A stretch of DNA of 64,000 bases from Lachnospiraceae bacterium. GTDB lineage: Bacteria; Bacillota; Clostridia; Lachnospirales; Lachnospiraceae. Positions within the stretch are counted from its first letter, which is position 1, and each line of letters starts with the position of its first letter. The stretch is taken from positions 77,707 through 141,706 of the forward strand of contig JAFWLM010000015.1 of assembly GCA_017511045.1 (NCBI GenBank), in the 5' to 3' direction. The position numbers were made by a program, and so were the translations under genes. The notes under the pieces are model-generated. The model was not told the origin of the DNA. It was given only the letters and a program-made list of their open reading frames with translations, and ran no database searches. Below, piece after piece: positions 57,510-64,000 of this stretch.

Positions 57510-57676
57510 CTCTTTCTTTTGTCCCACTATGACGCATGCCCCACTCATTTACCTTATTATGACGCAAGCCTTTTTTTATATGTTCCACTAGTTGCATATG
57601 AAGAGATGTCCGCTATTGAACTCCCCAACTGCTGCCCAGATTACTTTTTGGGTGCGCGAATTTTACTAATTTTGGA

Positions 57677-57900
57677 TTTTCTTGTTTACCAGTGCGTAAA
57701 ACCTATAGTTAACAAGAAAACGCCAAAAATCCACCTCAATAATGCCTTTTTTATATGTTAAAAAGCCCTCTATTTCACATTTTCTTGTTTGCTGATTCGG
57801 AAACCCTATGCATGACAAGAAAGCCTATGAGGTTTCTTGTTAACATGCGGCTTTGAGAGACTTGAAACAAGAAAACTGCATTTTCTATTATGAAAGGACT
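57677..57900. repeat. inverted-repeat array, locus 2 (TTTCTTGTT / AACAAGAAA half-sites)
   Basis: CTTGT cores at 57681, 57784 and 57836. ACAAG cores at 57712, 57815 and 57867. The spacing is 31-72-31-21-31. A degenerate half-site (TTTTCTATT) follows near 57890, where locus 1 has a full extra half-site 27 nt after its last core (33020). Confidence 0.7.
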
Positions 57901-57903
57901 ACT

Positions 57904-58725
57904 ATGATGACTGAATCACAGGGATTAGAACATTTTATTAATAACATCAAGATTGAAAGAGACTCTTTGTCTCAACAAATTAATTATCTTCCACCAGGAG
58001 TCATCCGATGGTGGCGTCAGTTCAAGAATGGAAAAGAATATTTAGTATTCAGTCAGATTATCAATAATAATGATTCCCGCTTCATAACGAAAAATAAACA
58101 GCTCCTATCTCAACTCGCTGCAAAACACTTTTTGGAGCATCAAATGGAAAACATAGACAATTACATTGCCGCTTTAGAAATTGCCCAAAAAGAATCTCTA
58201 CGTATTACATCCGAAGCAGTCCTTAAAGAATTACCTCCGGAAATTGCAGATATCTGTCATGCAAACGATGCAGGTATAATATACAGGAAAGAAGATGGTC
58301 TGCTAAACGAAGAACAGGAATGGCGCAGACACGACTATATAAAGTCTGACAGTTTTTCACAGTTTTTAACCCACCGGACCAGCACAGGCGAATTTGTGAG
58401 AAGCAAATCAGAAGTAATCATTTACGAAGTGCTTCTTAAGTATGATCTCGCTTTTCGTTATGAATGCCAGAAATACATTGATGGTTATCCTGTTCATCCG
58501 GATTTTACAATTTACAGAAAAGATGGAAAGATCTTTTACTGGGAACACTGTGGGCTGATGAATCAGCAGGATTATATTGACCGCTATCATTGGAAACTGA
58601 ACAAGTTTGAAAAAGAAGGAATTGTTCCCTGGGATAATCTGATCCTTACCTATGATGACCCTTTCGGAAATATTGATGTGAATATTATTGAAAGTGAAAT
58701 ACAAAATAAACTTCTCATTTATTAA
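57904..58725 (+). CDS. hypothetical protein with a C-terminal PD-(D/E)xK-like nuclease signature
   Basis: RSKSEVIIYEVLL ... YPVHPDFTIYRKDGKIFYWEHCGLM fits an E ... D ... E-x-(K/H) restriction-endonuclease-fold pattern. The N-terminal 170 aa have no recognisable domain. ATG at 57904. Confidence 0.45.
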   Translation: MMTESQGLEHFINNIKIERDSLSQQINYLPPGVIRWWRQFKNGKEYLVFSQIINNNDSRFITKNKQLLSQLAAKHFLEHQMENIDNYIAALEIAQKESLRITSEAVLKELPPEIADICHANDAGIIYRKEDGLLNEEQEWRRHDYIKSDSFSQFLTHRTSTGEFVRSKSEVIIYEVLLKYDLAFRYECQKYIDGYPVHPDFTIYRKDGKIFYWEHCGLMNQQDYIDRYHWKLNKFEKEGIVPWDNLILTYDDPFGNIDVNIIESEIQNKLLIY

Positions 58726-58754
58726 AAAGGCGGCGGCGTTTATCGGCGTCAAAT

Positions 58755-58786
58755 AAAAAGGAGACAGAGTTTCCTGTCTCCTTTTT
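58755..58786. terminator. bidirectional intrinsic terminator (GGAGACAG-stem hairpin, copy H3)
   Basis: A5-GGAGACAG-AGTTTC-CTGTCTCC-T5, between convergent genes. Confidence 0.65.
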
Positions 58787-58807
58787 CTATCGTTAAGAAT
58801 TCAAATT

Positions 58808-60856
58808 TTATTTGAATAAGAACTCTAAGAGGCTTGAGCTGCCAAGTGCGTTGAATACGCTGATGAATGCCGGTACGAATACGAGAGATACGACAGTCAT
58901 AAGTTTGATCAGGATGTTAATAGACGGTCCTGATGTATCTTTGAACGGATCACCTACGGTATCACCAACAACTGCTGCTGCGTGAGCCGGGCTTCCTTTT
59001 CCGCCGTGCTTTCCGCCTTCGATGTATTTCTTAGCGTTATCCCATGCACCACCGGAGTTACTCATGAAGATTGCCATGAGAACACCGCTGACCAGCGCGC
59101 CTGCAAGAAGACCGCCGAGTGCCTGAACACCAAGAAGGAAACCAACAAGGATCGGAGCAACGATAGCGATGATAGCCGGAACGACCATCTGCTTCAGAGC
59201 TGCGCCTGTGGAGATTGCTACGCACTTCTTATAGTCCGGAGTAGCATTTCCTTCAAGGAGACCCGGGATCTCTCTGAACTGACGGCGAACTTCTTCGATC
59301 ATGTGGTTAGCTGCTTTGGAAACAGAAGACATGGTCAGTGCGGAGAAGATGAATGTTAACATACCACCGATCAGAAGACCGATAACAACGTTTGCATTCA
59401 GGATATCGATCGTCAGTGCTTCAGCTGTGCTGGAGTCAACCTTATCTGCAAAGGAAGTGAACAGTGCCAGAGCGGTAAGAGCTGCAGAACCGATTGCAAA
59501 TCCTTTTCCGATAGCTGCGGTTGTGTTACCAACAGAGTCTAACTGGTCTGTGATCTCACGAACGCTCTCATCAAGTCCGCTCATCTCAGCGATACCGCCG
59601 GCATTATCAGCGATCGGGCCATAAGCGTCGACTGCAACTGTGATACCGGTTGTAGAAAGCATACCGACTGCTGCAAGAGCAATTCCGAATACGCCCATCA
59701 GCATGTAGGAAACAAAGATTCCGATGCAGATCATGATGATCGGAAGAACAGTGGATCTCATACCAACGGAAAGACCGCTGATGATCGTTGTAGCTGCACC
59801 TGTCTCAGACTGATCAGCAATTTCTTTAACTGATTTAAATCTGTCAGATGTATAAACCTCTGTCAGGGTACCGATCAGAAGACCGACTACAATACCTGCC
59901 AGAACTGCGATTGCCGGTTTCACATTTCCAAGGAAGAAGATGGAAACCAGGAATGCTACGATGACAACGACTGCTGCGGAAATATATGTTCCGATATTAA
60001 GAGCTGTCTGCGGGTTAGATCCTTCTTTTGTACGGACGAAAAGTGTTCCGATAATGGAAGCGATCAGACCAACTGCAGAGATCAGGACAGGGAACATTAC
60101 ATACGGGCTGAATGCAGCATCAGCGCCGCCGCCTGCATAAACAACACCAAGAGTCAGAGCAGAGATCAGAGATCCTACATAAGACTCGAAAAGGTCAGCA
60201 CCCATACCAGCAACGTCACCTACGTTATCACCTACGTTATCTGCGATAACGGCCGGGTTACGAGGATCGTCTTCCGGGATACCAGCCTCAACCTTACCAA
60301 CAAGGTCAGCTCCTACGTCTGCAGCTTTGGTGTAGATACCACCGCCGACACGAGCGAACAGAGCGATTGAAGATGCGCCCAGTGAGAAACCGAACATTAC
60401 ATCAACATTGCCTGTGATAAAGTAGATTGCGCTAACACCAAGGCATCCAAGACCTGCAACGCACATACCCATAACTGCGCCGCCTTTGAATGCTACGCCA
60501 AGAGCTCCGTTCATTCCGGAAGTTCTTGCTGCGTTAGCTGTTCTTACGTTTGCCTTTGTTGCAACGCTCATTCCAAAGTAACCAGCCAGTACTGAGAAGA
60601 CTGCGCCGATCAGGAAGCAAAGAGCGGTTACCCAGCTGATCGCAAATCCAAGGATCAGACCGAGTACAACAACAAAGATAACCAGAATTTTGTACTCTGA
60701 AAAAAGAAATGCCTTAGCACCATCAGCGATTGCGCTTGCAATCTCTTTCATCTTATCTGTGCCGGCATCTTTCTTAGAAACGACAACTGCAAGAATTATT
60801 GCATAGATCAGGGCAATAACACCAGCGCCGATTCCGCACCACATTAATGCGTTCAT
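58808..60856 (-). CDS. hppA: membrane-bound proton/sodium-translocating pyrophosphatase
   Basis: 682 aa polytopic protein with [26 protein letters not shown] and [13 protein letters not shown] motifs. Confidence 0.95.
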   Translation of the reverse strand: MNALMWCGIGAGVIALIYAIILAVVVSKKDAGTDKMKEIASAIADGAKAFLFSEYKILVIFVVVLGLILGFAISWVTALCFLIGAVFSVLAGYFGMSVATKANVRTANAARTSGMNGALGVAFKGGAVMGMCVAGLGCLGVSAIYFITGNVDVMFGFSLGASSIALFARVGGGIYTKAADVGADLVGKVEAGIPEDDPRNPAVIADNVGDNVGDVAGMGADLFESYVGSLISALTLGVVYAGGGADAAFSPYVMFPVLISAVGLIASIIGTLFVRTKEGSNPQTALNIGTYISAAVVVIVAFLVSIFFLGNVKPAIAVLAGIVVGLLIGTLTEVYTSDRFKSVKEIADQSETGAATTIISGLSVGMRSTVLPIIMICIGIFVSYMLMGVFGIALAAVGMLSTTGITVAVDAYGPIADNAGGIAEMSGLDESVREITDQLDSVGNTTAAIGKGFAIGSAALTALALFTSFADKVDSSTAEALTIDILNANVVIGLLIGGMLTFIFSALTMSSVSKAANHMIEEVRRQFREIPGLLEGNATPDYKKCVAISTGAALKQMVVPAIIAIVAPILVGFLLGVQALGGLLAGALVSGVLMAIFMSNSGGAWDNAKKYIEGGKHGGKGSPAHAAAVVGDTVGDPFKDTSGPSINILIKLMTVVSLVFVPAFISVFNALGSSSLLEFLFK

Positions 60857-60991
60857 GATGAATTCTCTCCTTACTAATTATTATGCAAATCTTTAACCAC
60901 TAAATTTTAAGTCATTCTATTGAAATGTCAACCTTTTTTACTTTTATTATTGTTTTTAATACAATTCATTTTAAGCAACACCGTGTTTATT

Positions 60992-61012
60992 ATTGTACTA
61001 AATTTGTACAAT
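60992..61012. promoter_or_regulatory. palindromic operator-like site ATTGTAC-N7-GTACAAT
   Basis: Perfect 7 bp arms in the divergent hppA / hydrogenase intergenic region. A related copy lies at 61124-61145. Confidence 0.35.
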
Positions 61013-61123
61013 CACCCAACTTCTTCAATAAAATTTTCGAATTTGTCGTTTATCCGCACAAATCTCACGTTAAAAAAATAACGATGGTAGCATTGAATTT
61101 TATGATTTGTTACATTTATTATT

Positions 61124-61145
61124 GATGTACACAAATCCGTACAAT
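61124..61145. promoter_or_regulatory. second operator-like site GATGTAC-N8-GTACAAT
   Basis: Shares the upstream context TTTATTATTG with the first site and lies about 35 nt before the hydrogenase operon start. Confidence 0.3.
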
Positions 61146-61179
61146 TCATGCTTACAAAATACAATTGAAGGAGGAACGT

Positions 61180-61674
61180 ATGGCAACAGCACAAACTTCC
61201 GTACCGTTCAATGACGATCCGAAGCTGCGCGAACAGTTAATGACCGTTATTGAAAAGTACAAAGGCGAACAAGGTGCGCTCATACCTGTTCTGCAGCAGG
61301 CTCAGGACATCTATGGATATCTTCCAATTGAAGTTCAGAAGATCATTGCAGAAGAAATGGGCACCCCATTGGAAAAGATTTTCGGCGTAATCACATTCTA
61401 TTCGTTCTTTAATCTTTATCCGAAGGGATCTTACAAGATCTCTGTATGTCTTGGAACCGCCTGCTATGTAAAAGGCTCCAGAAAAGTTCTGGACCGTCTG
61501 CAGGATGAACTTGGAATTGAGCCGGGACAATGCACTACCGACAGGGCCTTCTCTCTGGATACCTGCCGCTGCATTGGTGCCTGCGGACTCGCACCGGTAA
61601 TGCTGGTAAATGACGATGTATACGGTCGTATGAACCCGACAGAAGTTCCGGGCATTTTAGCAAAATATGAATAA
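61180..61674 (+). CDS. NuoE-like 2Fe-2S subunit of a bifurcating [FeFe] hydrogenase (HydC-type)
   Basis: Thioredoxin-like [2Fe-2S] motifs CLGTACYVKG and CIGACGLAP. GAAGGAGG SD. Confidence 0.85.
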   Translation: MATAQTSVPFNDDPKLREQLMTVIEKYKGEQGALIPVLQQAQDIYGYLPIEVQKIIAEEMGTPLEKIFGVITFYSFFNLYPKGSYKISVCLGTACYVKGSRKVLDRLQDELGIEPGQCTTDRAFSLDTCRCIGACGLAPVMLVNDDVYGRMNPTEVPGILAKYE

Positions 61675-61686
61675 GGAGGAGATTCG

Positions 61687-63546
61687 ATGAACTTGCAAGA
61701 TTTAAGTAGCATCAAAGAACGTATCTTGGCAGACGTTTTAGAACCGGCTGAGAAGACCCGCGTTCTTGTTGGATTAGCTACATGCGGAATTGCCAGCGGA
61801 GCTGCTCCTGTTATGGATAAGTTTAAAGCTCTTGCTGAAGGAAACGACAAAGTATTCGTTTCCCAGACAGGCTGCGTCGGCATTTGCCAGTATGAGCCTG
61901 TAGTCGAGGTTATTACACCTGACAAAAAGAAAACATTATATGTAAAAGTAACTCCGGAAAAAGCGGAGCAGATCTACAACGAGCATGTCCTCGGTGGAAA
62001 ACCGGTAGAAAGCATGGTCGTTGGTACAGTTCTTCCTTCAGGCAGCGAAGAAGTCGCTATGTCCCTGGAAGAAACTGTATTCTTAAAGAAACAGACCCGT
62101 GTTGCTCTTCGCAACTGCGGACATATCGATCCGGAAGAGATCGATCAGTATATTGCAACCGATGGATACCAGGCACTGAACAAAGTCCTTACAACAATGA
62201 GCCCGGATGATGTCATCCAGACAATGCTCGATTCCGGTTTAAGAGGACGTGGTGGTGCAGGTTTCCCGACCGGCCTCAAATGGAAATTCGCAAGCGGAAA
62301 CCGCGGCAACGTACAGAAATATGTATGCTGCAACGCTGACGAAGGTGACCCGGGCGCATTCATGGACCGTTCCGTTCTGGAAGGCGATCCGCATGCAGTT
62401 CTTGAAGCTATGGCAATTGCAGGCTATGCAATCGGCGCTTCAATGGGTTACATCTACGTCCGTGCTGAGTACCCGCTCGCTATCACACGTCTGCGCATCG
62501 CAATTGAGCAGGCAAAAGAAAAAGGCGTCTTAGGAGATAACATCTTCGGAACAGACTTCAGTTTCGATATTGACTTAAGACTCGGATCCGGCGCATTCGT
62601 CTGCGGTGAGGAAACAGCCCTCATGACCTCTATCGAAGGCAACCGTGGTGAGCCGAGACCTCGTCCGCCATTCCCGGCAGTCAAAGGTCTTTTCCAGAAG
62701 CCGACTATTTTAAATAACGTAGAAACATGGGCAAACATCCCGCGTATCATCATGAAAGGTGCTGACTGGTTCTCCGGTATGGGAACTGAAAAGTCCAAAG
62801 GAACCAAGGTCTTCTGTTTAGGCGGCAAGATCAATAATACCGGCCTTGTTGAGATCGAAATGGGAACCACTCTTCGCGAAGTAATCGAAGAAATCGGCGG
62901 CGGCATCCCGAATGGAAAAGCATTCAAAGCTGCTCAGACTGGTGGTCCTTCAGGCGGATGTATTTCCACTGTCAACTACGATGTTCCGATCGACTATGAC
63001 AACCTCATCTCGATCGGTTCCATGATGGGATCTGGTGGTCTGATCGTTATGGATGAAGACAACTGCATGGTCGACATCGCGAAATTCTTCCTTGATTTCA
63101 CAGTCGATGAGTCTTGCGGAAAATGTACTCCATGCCGTATCGGTACCAAACGTCTCTATGAGATCATGGAAAAGATCACCAAGGGTGAAGCAAACATGAA
63201 AGACTTAGAGCACCTTGATGAGCTCGCTCATTATATTAAGGAAGATGCTCTCTGCGGTCTGGGCCAGACAGCTCCGAACCCGGTTCTTTCCACCCTCCGC
63301 TATTTCCACGATGAGTATGAAGCACATATCAAACAGAGAAAATGTCCTGCAGGCGTCTGCAAGGAACTGCTTCACTACAACATCAATCCTCATAAATGCG
63401 TTGGCTGCGGTCTTTGCAAGAGCAAATGTCCTGCAGATGCAATCATCGGTATGCTGAGGAAGCCGCATGTTATTAACCCGGAAATCTGCATCCGCTGTGG
63501 CACGTGTATTACCGTCTGCAAGCAGAATGCGGTAGAAATAGTCTAG
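61687..63546 (+). CDS. NuoF-like NADH/FMN-binding Fe-S subunit (HydB-type)
   Basis: GRGGAGFPTGLKW, the SLBB region, the CGKCTPCR cluster, and C-terminal 2x[4Fe-4S] ferredoxin motifs CVGCGLCKSKCP and CIRCGTCITVC. Confidence 0.9.
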   Translation: MNLQDLSSIKERILADVLEPAEKTRVLVGLATCGIASGAAPVMDKFKALAEGNDKVFVSQTGCVGICQYEPVVEVITPDKKKTLYVKVTPEKAEQIYNEHVLGGKPVESMVVGTVLPSGSEEVAMSLEETVFLKKQTRVALRNCGHIDPEEIDQYIATDGYQALNKVLTTMSPDDVIQTMLDSGLRGRGGAGFPTGLKWKFASGNRGNVQKYVCCNADEGDPGAFMDRSVLEGDPHAVLEAMAIAGYAIGASMGYIYVRAEYPLAITRLRIAIEQAKEKGVLGDNIFGTDFSFDIDLRLGSGAFVCGEETALMTSIEGNRGEPRPRPPFPAVKGLFQKPTILNNVETWANIPRIIMKGADWFSGMGTEKSKGTKVFCLGGKINNTGLVEIEMGTTLREVIEEIGGGIPNGKAFKAAQTGGPSGGCISTVNYDVPIDYDNLISIGSMMGSGGLIVMDEDNCMVDIAKFFLDFTVDESCGKCTPCRIGTKRLYEIMEKITKGEANMKDLEHLDELAHYIKEDALCGLGQTAPNPVLSTLRYFHDEYEAHIKQRKCPAGVCKELLHYNINPHKCVGCGLCKSKCPADAIIGMLRKPHVINPEICIRCGTCITVCKQNAVEIV

Positions 63547-63565
63547 GAAAGGAGGAAGAGATAAA

Positions 63566-64000
63566 ATGGCTGATGTTAATATTAAAATCAATGGAAAAGA
63601 TTATCAGGTACCGGAAGGAATTACCGTACTTGAAGCTGCACGCATGGCAAACATTCACATCCCGACTCTCTGCTTCCTGAAAGAGATCAACGAGATCGGC
63701 GCATGCCGTATGTGCGTTGTGGAAGTTAAAGGCGCAAAAGGCCTTGTTACTTCCTGCGTATACCCTGTTGCTGAGGGTATGGAAATTTTCACCCAGACCA
63801 AGCGCGTTATTGAATCACGTGTTAAGAACCTGCAGCTGCTTCTCTCCAACCACAACAGAGAATGCCTTTCCTGCGTACGAAGCGGAAACTGCGAGCTTCA
63901 GGCTCTCTGCCGTCTGTATGATATCCGCGAGGATTCCATCTATGACGGTGAAAAACCGAAGTACGCGCTGGACGGCTCTGCTGTTCATCTGGTCCGTGAC
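63566..64000 (+). CDS. [FeFe] hydrogenase catalytic subunit (HydA / NuoG-like N-terminus), 5' partial
   Basis: Own translation: MADVNIKINGKDYQVPEGITVLEAARMANIHIPTLCFLKEINEIGACRMCVVEVKG ... NHNRECLSCVRSGNCELQ, open to the window end. AGGAGG SD. Confidence 0.8.
   Translation, partial: MADVNIKINGKDYQVPEGITVLEAARMANIHIPTLCFLKEINEIGACRMCVVEVKGAKGLVTSCVYPVAEGMEIFTQTKRVIESRVKNLQLLLSNHNRECLSCVRSGNCELQALCRLYDIREDSIYDGEKPKYALDGSAVHLVRD

Noticed and set aside
57519-57761. 80 aa plus-strand ORF downstream of comFC
   Set aside because: It runs through the inverted-repeat array, has no SD, and has implausible composition.

Overview
64 kb chromosomal segment of a Clostridia-class Firmicute. The gene content and the EF-Tu, EF-G and SpoVG sequences look Lachnospiraceae-like, but that taxon call is inference. 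Most genes are on the minus strand and are housekeeping: nth-mfd-pth, prs, a DnaD-like/DnaI-like helicase-loader pair, murC, spoVG, xth, the rpsL-rpsG-fusA-tuf str operon, recD2, comFC, a membrane pyrophosphatase, and the start of a HydABC-type [FeFe] hydrogenase operon. There are two ABC importers (polar amino acid type and ABC_sub_bind type) and an L-box lysine riboswitch in front of lysA. An accessory stretch at about 25-47 kb carries two URO-D-family genes, two LysR regulators, a tannase-like and an arylsulfotransferase-like lipoprotein, and a three-gene TerB / DUF2791-ATPase / Lhr-like helicase operon that matches the Shango anti-phage architecture. I saw no rRNA, tRNA, CRISPR array, transposase or integrase. 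Signals not explained by ordinary annotation: (1) a 29-codon leader ORF containing FYYAYWFYF, with mutually exclusive antiterminator and terminator pairings, upstream of the ABC_sub_bind transporter; (2) two paralogous intergenic modules (about 32.8 kb and 57.7 kb) with alternately oriented TTTCTTGTT/AACAAGAAA half-sites at identical spacing 31-72-31-21-31, one directly upstream of a nuclease-like orphan gene; (3) a roughly 490 nt promoter-to-terminator unit without a credible ORF between prs and pth, carrying three GNRA-capped hairpins; (4) five same-orientation DnaA boxes in two gap-free arrays upstream of the helicase-loader operon; (5) a GC-rich intergenic repeat family with at least three copies, all in sense orientation to local transcription, one of which inflates the rpsL-rpsG spacer. 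Start codons were refined by eye from SD spacing. All product calls rest on motif recognition in the translations, not on database searches.
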